A stretch of 64,000 bases of DNA from Vulcanimicrobiales bacterium. Its GTDB lineage: Bacteria; Vulcanimicrobiota; Vulcanimicrobiia; Vulcanimicrobiales; Vulcanimicrobiaceae. Numbering within the stretch: position 1 is the first letter of the stretch; every line of letters starts with the position of its first letter. The DNA lies in NCBI GenBank assembly GCA_038215615.1, contig JBBQQR010000001.1, forward strand, positions 155,501 to 219,500. The letters run 5' to 3'. Below are positions 1 through 10,938 of the stretch, piece by piece. The position numbers were made by a program, and so were the translations under genes. The notes beneath the pieces were generated by a model, which was not told the DNA's origin, ran no database searches, and saw only the letters and a list, made by a program, of their open reading frames with translations.

Positions 1-662
1 TTGCCATTATGTCCGCCGTCGTGCTCGTGCTGGTTGTGGCGTTGGAGTGGATCGCCGGGCAAGTTTTAGAGCGCGGCATCGGGGTGGAGGCGGCCAACGG
101 AGTCGTCGGACAAGCATTGCGGTTAGCTGTTGCAGTGGGCGTCGGCTTGTCGGCCGTGCCGATTCTCAAGCTCGTGGAGCGGTGGCTTAATTCCGTATTT
201 TTCGGAAAGAGAGCGCAAGCGTTAACAGAATTGCGAAGGTTTGCGCTGGAGGCGGACGTCGTAACGAACTCGGGTTCGCTACTGACGCTTGCATGCGATT
301 CTTTGCGCGACAACACCGAAGCGCGGTACGCAGCGATCTATATGTCGGAAAATGGCGGTTACAGCAGGGTGCGCAGCTCCGACGAGTCGCCCCCGCCCGC
401 GCTGGACCAAGATGACGCGACGATCGTTCGCCTGCGCCGCTGGAACGAGCCGTTTGAAATGAGCGTGGGAGCACATGCGCTCAGCGAGGCGCTGATGCTG
501 CCCATGACGGTCGGCGGCTCGCTCCTGGGTGTACTCGTGTGCGGGCCCAAACGCGAGCGCACGCATTACCTGAATGAAGAAATAGAGGCACTCGCGTTGG
601 TCGCACATCGGGTCGGCACGGCTTCGTACGTGCTCCAGCGCAACGGAAGTACGGGGGCGTAG
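1..662 (+). CDS. membrane protein with C-terminal GAF domain (5' partial)
   Basis: Frame is open to the window edge. Hydrophobic segments precede a GAF-like tail (LRRWNEPFE, LPMTVGGSLLGVLVCGPK, EEIEALA). Paralog of 13616..15313. Confidence 0.75.
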   Translation, partial: AIMSAVVLVLVVALEWIAGQVLERGIGVEAANGVVGQALRLAVAVGVGLSAVPILKLVERWLNSVFFGKRAQALTELRRFALEADVVTNSGSLLTLACDSLRDNTEARYAAIYMSENGGYSRVRSSDESPPPALDQDDATIVRLRRWNEPFEMSVGAHALSEALMLPMTVGGSLLGVLVCGPKRERTHYLNEEIEALALVAHRVGTASYVLQRNGSTGA

Positions 663-759
663 CGGCTCGGGCGCGTTCGTCCTCGCGGAGGGGTGGCCCG
701 TTTCGGACGCGTTCCTCTATGCCCGAGCGGCGGCTTAGGCCTCGATGGAGAAGCCCAAA

Positions 760-927
760 ATGGAAAAAATCAGGGTCGTGCAGCAGAGTGGGATTGGATT
801 GTTGTGGTTCGCCGGGTGGCTCTTTACGATCGGGTTTCTCCACTTGACGTTATGGAGCGGAGTCTTGGCGCTCGTTTTGTGGCCCTACGATTTAGGTGTG
901 TATTTCGGCTCGCCGAAAGCGCCGTAG
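760..927 (+). CDS. small membrane protein (55 aa)
   Basis: GGAG at 747-750 precedes ATG 760. Trp/Gly-rich hydrophobic segments (GLLWFAGWLFTIGFLHL, LALVLWPY). Confidence 0.65.
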   Translation: MEKIRVVQQSGIGLLWFAGWLFTIGFLHLTLWSGVLALVLWPYDLGVYFGSPKAP

Positions 928-932
928 CCGGG

Positions 933-2408
933 CTAGGCGGGCTTGATATACAGCTGCCGCTTGGCGTAGTCGAAAAACAGCTGATACTGCGATAGGACGT
1001 CGCGCCCTAAAATTCCGTCGTAGTCACTCAGGTTAAACGTCGACGAACTGGGAACGAAAACCGCGGCGTCGCCGAAATGAATTCCGCCGAACTGCAGATC
1101 GGTCAAGCGCCTGAGCTGCGCCGGAACCTCGCCGCCGACCGCGCTTAGACTCATCCCCTGCTCGAGGAGTGGCACCGACGACCTTAGCTTCCGCACATAG
1201 GTTTGGTAGGCGATAGTTCCCATCGCACCCGTATCCACTAAAAAGAATCCCGGGACTCCTTCGAACGAAGCCTGGACGCGCGGCACGCCGTCGTCCAACT
1301 GCAGCGGCAGCGCAAACGTTCCGAGGGCATGCGGATCGAAACCGGACGGATAGAGCGTAAGCGTCGACTTTTGAAAATCGATTCCGATAACCGCCGAAGC
1401 GATGAAATCGCAGCCCAAGATGCCGACGATTCGCGAGCCTTCGGCATAATGCGAAATCGGGACGACCGAAAATGCGACGTCATGCAGATGCAGCGGCCCG
1501 ACGAGCATATCGGGAACGCGCGTTCGCGATATGTTCACGTCGCCGCCGATCGTCTGATTGGTTAAGCCGTATGCTGACAGCCCGAGCTGGTGCGCGACGC
1601 CGGCATCGATCGCCAGCCCGGATGCGCCGGAGTCAAGGAGAAAATCTAATCCTCGTCCGTTCATCGTCACGCGCACGACGATGCCGCTTTTCGAGAAGGC
1701 GGCGGGAATGACGACCGGCTTATCGATTGTGTAGAGGGCGCGCGAGACCGGCATCGTCACGGGCGTGCTGCCCGCGGGCGCGCGCTCGATCGAAACCGTC
1801 TCGGTTACCGTGTCGTTTTGCGGGCGCCCGTCGTAGTTGTGGATGCGAAACGGCCTTACGCTCCCGAAGACGGGACGGTAATCGCTGAACTCCGTGACGT
1901 GTTGATGCATGTCGGCATCGAACGTTATGAACCGGTTGACCAGAAACGTCCTGGCGTCGTAATAGCGCAGTTGATCGCTTCCGTCCGGCGGATTGGCTTC
2001 GATGACGTACTCTTGAGGCTGCGTCTGCGTCAGGCCGAGAACCGTGACGCGGTTGGCCGGATCCTCGGGATGCAGCAGCGCCCGGTTATTCGGGTCTACG
2101 AAGCGGCGGAAGTCGCTGCGAAGTAAAACGAGGCCGTTTTCGTCTTGGTTCCATCCTTGGCCGTTGTAAAACCCTGACGCGGTCGTGTATTCGCCATTCT
2201 GTACGACTGCGATGGAGTTTGCGCCGTCGATGCGGGTCGTGCGGACGCGATCCATTCCGCCGCCGCGAATGCGATCGATGATAACATAACGCCCCGTTGC
2301 GAGCGTTCCGCGCGCCGTTCTGCTTCTCGCCACGATCTCCGGTGCGCTCAGATTCGCGGGCAAGTACTGGACCATGAGGAGAACGGCTGCTGCGAGCAGT
2401 GCCCCCAT
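933..2408 (-). CDS. secreted aspartyl protease with two retropepsin-like domains
   Basis: N-terminal hydrophobic signal. Motifs FLLDSGAS...GILGCDF and FLVDTGA...GILGRDVL. Confidence 0.85.
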   Translation of the reverse strand: MGALLAAAVLLMVQYLPANLSAPEIVARSRTARGTLATGRYVIIDRIRGGGMDRVRTTRIDGANSIAVVQNGEYTTASGFYNGQGWNQDENGLVLLRSDFRRFVDPNNRALLHPEDPANRVTVLGLTQTQPQEYVIEANPPDGSDQLRYYDARTFLVNRFITFDADMHQHVTEFSDYRPVFGSVRPFRIHNYDGRPQNDTVTETVSIERAPAGSTPVTMPVSRALYTIDKPVVIPAAFSKSGIVVRVTMNGRGLDFLLDSGASGLAIDAGVAHQLGLSAYGLTNQTIGGDVNISRTRVPDMLVGPLHLHDVAFSVVPISHYAEGSRIVGILGCDFIASAVIGIDFQKSTLTLYPSGFDPHALGTFALPLQLDDGVPRVQASFEGVPGFFLVDTGAMGTIAYQTYVRKLRSSVPLLEQGMSLSAVGGEVPAQLRRLTDLQFGGIHFGDAAVFVPSSSTFNLSDYDGILGRDVLSQYQLFFDYAKRQLYIKPA

Positions 2409-2417
2409 GCGTCATGG

Positions 2418-3173
2418 TTAAGTGCGGCGCACCAAATCCCCGCCCAACGTCACCGCGTGCGCGTCGACGCTGACGTCGACTCCTGGGCCGCTGTCGCGCA
2501 GCGTCGTGGTGACGTTTCCGCCGGATCCGTTGTCATCGGAGATGACCAGCGAACCGTCGGTGTTTCGCGTGACGGTTTCGCCGCGACCCAGCTGCATGGA
2601 CTGGCCGGCGGCCAAGCTCAGTGACTTCCCGTTGCGAAGCACCAGCGCGTGCCCTTGGTTGTCGAGCGAGACTTGCGTGGCACCGAAGTTCGTGCTGACG
2701 GCTACGCGCCGGTTCCACGTTACGCCGTTGGCGCCGGCGGGCGTCACCGAGGTGCCGATTTGAAAGCCGCCGCGAAAAGAATTGGAGTCGAGCAGGTCCG
2801 GGTGATCGTCCATGCTGTCGAAGCGCGACTGCTGCGTACCTTCGGCGGTAGTGCCGTCGAAGGCGAGGTGCGGATCGCCGGTCGACGAGGCTTGCGCCTT
2901 GCTGAAGAGCGGCTGCGCGTTGTTGCCTTGGCCGCCGATCGCCGAGAGCAGCTGCTGCAGCAGGTTCATGATCTGCCAAAGAAGCCCGTTCACCGCACCG
3001 CCCGCGCCCGCGGCAGACGGCCAATTCGGAAAAGGCGAATGCCGAATTCGATCGCCGTGCTTGGGGCGGCTCTGATCCGGCGGCGGTGGTGCGTCCAATC
3101 CGATAATGCCTCCGCCGTCCGCCGGGTTTTGAATGGCGCCGAAGAGCGAAGCCAGGCTCTGCTGAATCTGCAT
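2418..3173 (-). CDS. hypothetical protein with Gly/Gln-rich N-terminus and GDPH motif
   Basis: 251-aa ORF with GGAGG upstream of the ATG. Contains GDPHLAFDG followed by a beta-rich domain. Confidence 0.7.
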   Translation of the reverse strand: MQIQQSLASLFGAIQNPADGGGIIGLDAPPPPDQSRPKHGDRIRHSPFPNWPSAAGAGGAVNGLLWQIMNLLQQLLSAIGGQGNNAQPLFSKAQASSTGDPHLAFDGTTAEGTQQSRFDSMDDHPDLLDSNSFRGGFQIGTSVTPAGANGVTWNRRVAVSTNFGATQVSLDNQGHALVLRNGKSLSLAAGQSMQLGRGETVTRNTDGSLVISDDNGSGGNVTTTLRDSGPGVDVSVDAHAVTLGGDLVRRT

Positions 3174-3255
3174 GCGGTCCTCCGTTTTCGTCTCTCATTC
3201 ACGCCGCGCAACCGTTTTGGAAAGGGCCGCCGTGCAAATCGCAGAAGGCGCGGGC

Positions 3256-4357
3256 ATGAGCGACTCTCAGCTCACCGCAATAGGCCGGCTCTCCGAGCGA
3301 CTCGTGACGCTCAAGGAGCGTCTTTGACTATTCCGGCAAGACGCGGCTGATCAGCGAGCTCGACGCCCGCACCCGCAACGAAGAGTTTTGGAACGATCCG
3401 CAATCCGCGCAACGCGTGATGAAGCAGCTCTCTGAGCTGCGCGCCGACGTTGATGCGATGGACGCGGTATCGCGAACGCTGAGCGACGCTCGCGAACTGC
3501 TGACGCTCTTCCCCGATGATGGTTCGGCAGACAGCGAGATCGACGCGAACCTCGCGCTGGCCGAGAAAAGTCTGGACGAAGCCGAAATGGCCGCGAACTT
3601 CGACGGGGAGTTCGACGCGCACAACGCCATCGTCAGCGTTTACGCCGGGGCCGGCGGCGTCGACGCCGCCGACTGGACAGCGATGCTCGCGCGCATGTAT
3701 TCGCGCTGGGCCGAAACCAAGGGTTTTTTGACGCACGTCGTCGACGAGTCGCCTGCCGAAGAAGCCGGCCTGAAGTCGATTACGTTCTTTGTTCGGGGGC
3801 GCAACGCGTATGGAACGCTGGAAAGCGAACGCGGAGTCCACCGCCTAGTGCGCATCTCGCCGTTCGATGCCGCCCACCGCAGGCACACATCGTTTGCCGC
3901 GGTTGACATCATCCCGGAGATCGAAACCGGAGAAAACGTGCAGGTTGAGATCAATCCTGAAGATTTGCGCTTCGAAACGTTCAAGTCCGGCGGCGCGGGT
4001 GGCCAATATGTTAACAAAACCGAGTCGGCCGTGCGCATCATCCACGAGCCCAGCGGCCTGATTGCGGCCTCGCAGCAAGAACGCTCGCAAGCGCAGAACC
4101 GCGACGTTGCGATGAATATTCTCCGCGCGAAACTCGTGCAGCGCGAATTAGAGATGCGGGATAAGAAATTGGCCGAACTGCGCGGCGAGCGCAGCGCCAA
4201 TGAATGGGGATCGCAGATCCGCTCCTACGTCCTCAATCCATATCAGCTTGTCAAAGATCACCGCACGAACGTCGAAACCGGAAACACGTCCGCCGTGCTG
4301 GACGGCGAGATCGACATATTCATTTGGCCGTACCTGCAGCAACGTCGCGCGCTCTAA
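3256..4357 (+). CDS. prfB: peptide chain release factor 2, +1 programmed frameshift
   Basis: ATG 3256 reads MSDSQLTAIGRLSERLVTLKERL to CTT-TGA-C (3322-3328) with AGGAG just upstream. The +1 frame continues DYSGK...FWNDP into the ORF carrying SPF and GGQ. Confidence 0.97.
3314..3328 (+). promoter_or_regulatory. prfB autoregulatory frameshift site (internal SD + CTT TGA C)
   Basis: Sequence AGGAGcgtCTTTGAC. Confidence 0.95.
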
Positions 4358-4383
4358 GCCCGTCGGCTAGCCTGCGCGACGGC

Positions 4384-5808
4384 GTGCTTTGGGCTGCCGT
4401 GGCGGCGTATGCGGCCTTGTACTTCGCGCTCGGCTATGTCAAGTATGCCGCGCATCGCAACTTTGTGGACCTCGGCATCTTCGCACAGACCACGGCCAGC
4501 GCGTTCGGCTGCTTTTGCAATACCATTGAGGGAAGTCACTGGGCGTTTCACTTTTCGCCGATCCTGTATGCGGTTGGCGTTGTCGTATTTGTGTGGCACT
4601 CCGCTTTAGCGCTGGTTGCCGTTCAAGCGATCGCAGGCGCGCTGACCGCGCCGCCGATCTATGGCATCGTGCGCCGCTATGCGGATCGAAAGACGGCGTT
4701 GCTTGCGGCGCTGGTCGTGCTGCTCTATCCGCCGCTGGCAGGCGTCGTCTTCAACGACTTTCACGAAAACGGATTGGCACCGGCCGCGATTGCGTGGTTG
4801 TTGTGGGCCTTTGACGGAGGGTACGTCGCCGCGACGCTCGTCTTCGCCGCACTTGCCTTAGCGATCAAAGAAGATCAAGCCATCTTTTTGAGTGCGGCCG
4901 GCGCGATTGGCGCATGGAGCTATCGCCGCGACCCGTCGCGCATGCGGCTCGCCCTGGGCGTTGCCGTGGCAGCGGTAGCGCTTTTCGTTCTGTATTTCGC
5001 GCTTATCCAGCCCCACGCGAACGTGAACCCGCACCCGCACTGGGCGCCGGCGCGTTTTTATGGCTGGGGCTATGGCATGCCTAACAACGGCTTGGCCTCT
5101 GCCATCTTGAGTGCGCTGCTCCAACGTGCCGGTTATCTGCTGCTGGCGTTTGTTCCGCTGCTCTTCATACCGTTCCGAAGCCGGGCCATCGTTCTCGCGA
5201 TTCTACCGCTCGTCGAAGTGCTGGCTTCGCTGATGCCGACGACGTTTACCATGGGCACGCACTATGCCGGTGCGTGGATCGGATATGTGTTTTTCGCGTT
5301 TGCGCTCGGCGTCGTTTCCATTGCACGCTCGGACCCCAAGCGCGCACACCGGTTGCTCTACTGGTGCATCGGGCTTTGCGTGCTCGAGTTTGCGATCGCG
5401 GACCCGTTGCACCCCGGCTATTTCTTACGTCCGCCCGCCGCACGCGATACCAGGCTCGGCCGCTTTCTGCGTTCGCTCCCGCCGTCGATTGACGTTGCCA
5501 CTCAAGAGGAAGCCTATACGCATTTGGCTGCCACAGATTCCAATGCGACGCTTCTGCCGGAAACAATCGAACTGACGAGCGGCAGCGCAGTCCGCGCATG
5601 CTACATTTTGATTGACCCTGATTATCCCGATTCGGTGCGCTTGATCGAAGCCGAACCGCTCGTCAAGCAACTCGTCGCTTCCGGAAAGTACGCCATCGTA
5701 ACCCGCGCTGAAGCGATCGTGCTTTACAGAGCCCGGTCTTGTCCCAGTTCTTCGAGCGCGTTACGTGCAGCAGCGGGCCAATCTCCCCGTATCTCGACGA
5801 GTTTGTAA
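4384..5808 (+). CDS. DUF2079-family membrane protein (GT-C-like); start uncertain
   Basis: DLGIFAQ, HFSPIL, NDFHE and KED motifs with many TM segments. Confidence 0.8.
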   Translation: MLWAAVAAYAALYFALGYVKYAAHRNFVDLGIFAQTTASAFGCFCNTIEGSHWAFHFSPILYAVGVVVFVWHSALALVAVQAIAGALTAPPIYGIVRRYADRKTALLAALVVLLYPPLAGVVFNDFHENGLAPAAIAWLLWAFDGGYVAATLVFAALALAIKEDQAIFLSAAGAIGAWSYRRDPSRMRLALGVAVAAVALFVLYFALIQPHANVNPHPHWAPARFYGWGYGMPNNGLASAILSALLQRAGYLLLAFVPLLFIPFRSRAIVLAILPLVEVLASLMPTTFTMGTHYAGAWIGYVFFAFALGVVSIARSDPKRAHRLLYWCIGLCVLEFAIADPLHPGYFLRPPAARDTRLGRFLRSLPPSIDVATQEEAYTHLAATDSNATLLPETIELTSGSAVRACYILIDPDYPDSVRLIEAEPLVKQLVASGKYAIVTRAEAIVLYRARSCPSSSSALRAAAGQSPRISTSL

Positions 5809-6668
5809 GGCGCCGCCCACGGCGACCAGCGCCCGGTTTGGAGCGCGAAGTCTTTTTGCCCGAAGGCCGCCACGACGGGCGTGCCCGTCATTCCCGCGAC
5901 GTGAACGGCACCGGAGTCCGGCGCGACAACGGCTTTTGCCGCGGCGAGTGCGTCCTTCCACGAAGCCAGCTCGTGAAAATAGTCGATGGAAATGCCGGCA
6001 TCCGCCGCCACCACTTGCGCGAACTCACGCTCACTTTCGGCCGCGACGAATCGCATCGGATAATGTTGCTGCAGGTTGCGCGCGAAACCGGCGACGGCTT
6101 TGCGCGCGGCTCCGAGGCGCTGCCATTTGCCGGTTATTTGCATGACGACGCGTTCGTCGGGCTGCGGTTGCGCATCGACGACAAAGCCGCGCAAGATACG
6201 CGGGTCGCGCGGAATCTTCGACGTGCCCACGATCTCGCTTCCGAGTTGGAAGAGCACCCGGCTCTCGTGCGGGGCTCGCGGATCTAGTCCAGCCGTCCGG
6301 TACACCGTGCGCGTTAGCAGCGAGCGCGCCCACAGCGATTTCAGCGGCTTGCCCCACCCGTTCGCAAAGCCGATGCGAATCTTCGCGCCGCTGGCACGCG
6401 CGAGGCGATAGCCGGATGCGTCCTCGGTCGCGACGAGCGCGTAATCGTAGCAGTTTTGCGCGAGCCGGCCTCCCAATGCCGGTTGCTCGACGTAGACGCG
6501 GTCCACAGCGCTTTTTGAAAACGCGCCTTCATTTTTCGGAGAGAGCACCACGTCGATGCGCGCTCCTCGTTCCCGCAGCGCCGCCAATAGGGGAACCAGC
6601 GCGAGCGCGTCGCCGATTGCATCCAGACGGACGATGAGGACCGATGGGGAAGCATTCACTGTAGGCAA
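5724..6668 (-). CDS. glycosyltransferase family 9 (heptosyltransferase-like)
   Basis: VLIVRLDAIGDAL at the N-terminus and APDSGAVHVAGMTGTPVVAAFG. Confidence 0.88.
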   Translation of the reverse strand: MPTVNASPSVLIVRLDAIGDALALVPLLAALRERGARIDVVLSPKNEGAFSKSAVDRVYVEQPALGGRLAQNCYDYALVATEDASGYRLARASGAKIRIGFANGWGKPLKSLWARSLLTRTVYRTAGLDPRAPHESRVLFQLGSEIVGTSKIPRDPRILRGFVVDAQPQPDERVVMQITGKWQRLGAARKAVAGFARNLQQHYPMRFVAAESEREFAQVVAADAGISIDYFHELASWKDALAAAKAVVAPDSGAVHVAGMTGTPVVAAFGQKDFALQTGRWSPWAAPYKLVEIRGDWPAAARNALEELGQDRAL

Positions 6669-6994
6669 TGATTGCGAAAGAGAATCTGGTAACCCTGGAC
6701 GCGCCCGACGGTTTTAGCGTCGCCTGCACTCTGGGGCGCGTCACCGGCAGCGCCAGCCGTCCGCACAGCATGCTGCGCGCGACCTTTCGGAGCATCGGCG
6801 CGTTCATCGGGCTCGCGCCGATCGAATACCTGACCGATGCGGAGCGCGCGCGGGAAGAAGCGCTCGAAGCGCTGCGCCAAAGCGCTTCGGCCTTGGGCGC
6901 GGATGCGGTCATCAAGATTCAGTTCGATGCGGTCGAAGACGAAGGCGGCATTACTGCGGTGGTCGCAAGCGGCGAAGCGGTGCGGCTGCAATGA
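6668..6994 (+). CDS. YbjQ-like heavy-metal-binding domain protein
   Basis: RAREEALEALRQSASALGADAVIKIQFD...ASGEAV. Confidence 0.8.
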   Translation: MIAKENLVTLDAPDGFSVACTLGRVTGSASRPHSMLRATFRSIGAFIGLAPIEYLTDAERAREEALEALRQSASALGADAVIKIQFDAVEDEGGITAVVASGEAVRLQ

Positions 6995-7656
6995 GCTTGC
7001 AAGAGCGCGCGCGCCGCGAACGCTTTCTGGAAAAAGCCGCGGCAAGTGCAGCGGCGTGCCGGAAGTGTCAGATCGGTTTTGAGCGGCGCCACAACGTCTA
7101 CGGCGAGGGCGATCCGTGCGCGCGATTGATGGTGATCGGCGAAGGCCCGGGCGAAACCGAAGATTTGCTTGGGCGCCCATTTGTGGGACGCGCCGGAGAG
7201 CTGCTCGATAAAATGCTGGCCGCGATCGACCTTCCGCGCGAAGACGTCTACATTTGCAATACGGTAAAGTGCCGCCCCACCGTTCTCGACGGGGAGAAAC
7301 TGCGCAACCGCGCACCCGTTCCGGCGGAGATGGCGAACTGCCGCCTGTATTTAGACGAGCAGATCGAAGTGATCGCGCCGCACGTTATTCTCGCGTTGGG
7401 AGCTCCGGCCGCCAAATCATTTCTCGGCGTTCATTTCAGCATTACGAAGTCGCGCGGCATCTGGTACGAAGGCCCCAACTCCATCCCGCTGATCGCGACG
7501 TTTCACCCGGCCTACATTTTAAGGCAGGGCGGAATGGCCATGACGGAGACCAAGCGCCAGGTCTGGTCGGATCTGAAGCAAGTGCGCGAAAAGCTCGACG
7601 CGTTGCGGAAGCCGCCCGAGCAGGCAGACTTGTTCGAATCGCCTCCCGTGATATAA
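6991..7656 (+). CDS. uracil-DNA glycosylase family 4
   Basis: CRKC plus two further Cys, GEGPG, GRPFVGRAG, NTVKCRP and FHPAY. Confidence 0.93.
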   Translation: MSLQERARRERFLEKAAASAAACRKCQIGFERRHNVYGEGDPCARLMVIGEGPGETEDLLGRPFVGRAGELLDKMLAAIDLPREDVYICNTVKCRPTVLDGEKLRNRAPVPAEMANCRLYLDEQIEVIAPHVILALGAPAAKSFLGVHFSITKSRGIWYEGPNSIPLIATFHPAYILRQGGMAMTETKRQVWSDLKQVREKLDALRKPPEQADLFESPPVI

Positions 7657-7665
7657 TCGGTCGCT

Positions 7666-8754
7666 GTGGTTCGCAACGCTCAAGAGATTTGGTTTTCCGA
7701 AAAGCTCCGTCGTGCGGGTTTTGCCGATGCCGCTGCTTTTGCCGCGCATTTCGAGCTGAAGCCCTACCGGCTGGAGCAGATTTATCGCGCCGCCACCAAG
7801 GAGCTGGCGGAAAATGTTGCAGCGGTAACGCCGCTGCCCAAAGATCTACGCGCGCAGTTGGAGGAGAGCGAGTTCCGCTTCGACAGCGTCATGCCGGTCG
7901 TCGTGCAGCGTTCGAACGATGCTCAGACGAGCAAGGGGCTTTTCCGGCTCGCGGATGGCGCCGAGATCGAAGCGGTGCTCATGGAGCACTTCGGCGACCG
8001 TAACACCGTCTGCATCAGCTCGCAGGCCGGTTGCGCATTTGCGTGCGCATTCTGCTCCACGGGCCAAGCAGGTTTTACGCGGAATTTAACGGCGGACGAA
8101 ATTTTCGACCAGGCGCGCTATTTTGCGCGCGAGCTCGCTCAGAAGGGCAAGCGCATCACCAACATCGTTTTCATGGGAATGGGCGAGCCGTTTCATAACT
8201 ACGATGCGGTGATGAAGGCCGTCGCGTTATTGAACGATCCGCACGGTCTGGGTTTGGGCCACCGGCACATTACGATTTCGACGGTTGGCCTGGTCGACAA
8301 GATCGATCGCTTCGCAGACGAGCACCTCCAAGTCAATCTCGCGATTTCGCTCCACGCGCCCAATGACGCCATCCGCAGTGCGATGATGCCGGTCAACCGG
8401 AAATTTTCGCTGGAAGAAGTCATGGCCGCGTGCGAACGCTATATCGCGAAAACCAACCGCAAAATTTTCTTCGAATACGTCATGCTCCGCGACGTCAACG
8501 ACTCTGAAGAAAACGCCCGCGAACTCGTGCGCCTTATGACGGGCCATTTGTACCACGTTAATCTGATCCCATACAATACGACGCCGGGCGCATCGTACGC
8601 GGGAACGGAACCGGACCGCATTTGGCGCTTCGCCGGAATTCTGGAAGCGGCCGGCGTCCCGGTCACGGTGCGGCAGAACATGGGCCGCGACATTGCTGCG
8701 GCGTGCGGCCAGTTACGGGCCGAATCGCAGCCGATGGCGCGCTCGACAACTTAA
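7666..8754 (+). CDS. rlmN: dual-specificity RNA methyltransferase RlmN
   Basis: CISSQAGCAFACAFCSTG, FMGMGEP and DIAAACGQL. Confidence 0.95.
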   Translation: MVRNAQEIWFSEKLRRAGFADAAAFAAHFELKPYRLEQIYRAATKELAENVAAVTPLPKDLRAQLEESEFRFDSVMPVVVQRSNDAQTSKGLFRLADGAEIEAVLMEHFGDRNTVCISSQAGCAFACAFCSTGQAGFTRNLTADEIFDQARYFARELAQKGKRITNIVFMGMGEPFHNYDAVMKAVALLNDPHGLGLGHRHITISTVGLVDKIDRFADEHLQVNLAISLHAPNDAIRSAMMPVNRKFSLEEVMAACERYIAKTNRKIFFEYVMLRDVNDSEENARELVRLMTGHLYHVNLIPYNTTPGASYAGTEPDRIWRFAGILEAAGVPVTVRQNMGRDIAAACGQLRAESQPMARSTT

Positions 8755-8760
8755 GCCGCC

Positions 8761-9435
8761 TTATACCGGAAAATATTCGCCCAGCGACTGTCCGTGGCAA
8801 TTAGAGCTGAGCTGCGTAGAACTTATTCCACTAAAAAAGTAAGACCCGTCCGGCCTCTGCGTCCGATGCACGGGCCACGGGCCGCTTCCCGGCCGCGAGT
8901 AACAGTACGCATACGTGATTTTCAGCATGCCGAAAAACCGCGGAGTGATTCCGAAGGCTATGCGCTCGCGAAAATCACTACCGCCGTGGAGGATGGCCGC
9001 TTTCTTCGAACTTGCGCCGAATGGCGTCCAGCTGTCGTAGAATGAATATAAAAGCGTCGGCGCCGAGATCGTGAGCGTTCTGTTGAGTTCGGTGATAGAG
9101 GGTAAAGGCGATTCGATGCGTTCCGACGATGTCGTTGCCATGCGCCTGCCGTAGACGGTCACTACCATGCCATCCAACTCCGCACTCGCGCCGCTGGTAT
9201 TTTTTAAGTTGAATTGAACTTCCACATACTCTTTTTGTGCTGAGAGCATCTCGTGATGAACCGAAAGCTGAGGCTGAAGGATCGGCAACTCACTCGCGGG
9301 CTTGATGCGTTCCTGGTAAACGAAGACGTAGAAGCCCCAAGCGGCCGCAACGACCAGTGCGGCAATTTCCACCACATGGCGCCAGTGCTCGGCGCCGGAG
9401 GGATGCGAATGGACATGTAGTTCTCGGCCCATCAT
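8761..9435 (-). CDS. hypothetical protein with N-terminal membrane anchor
   Basis: 224-aa ORF filling the gap, with one TM (IAALVVAAAWGFYVFVY). Confidence 0.65.
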   Translation of the reverse strand: MMGRELHVHSHPSGAEHWRHVVEIAALVVAAAWGFYVFVYQERIKPASELPILQPQLSVHHEMLSAQKEYVEVQFNLKNTSGASAELDGMVVTVYGRRMATTSSERIESPLPSITELNRTLTISAPTLLYSFYDSWTPFGASSKKAAILHGGSDFRERIAFGITPRFFGMLKITYAYCYSRPGSGPWPVHRTQRPDGSYFFSGISSTQLSSNCHGQSLGEYFPV

Positions 9436-9575
9436 CTGATCTTCAACCGCGCCGGCGGGCAGGCCCCTTTCGATTCGATTAATCGCGCTGCACGTAGGGC
9501 GGCGCGTTAGCCGGCTTTATAGCAGGCAGCTCTTAAGCCAAAGGTTTCGGGCACCGCTGACCTAACCTCGAATTC

Positions 9576-10931
<1,356 letters not shown>

Positions 10932-10938
10932 GATCGCG

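Noticed and set aside
9436..9575. T-box leader upstream of glyQS
   Set aside because: The region is short, and no T-box bulge sequence or terminator/antiterminator was seen.
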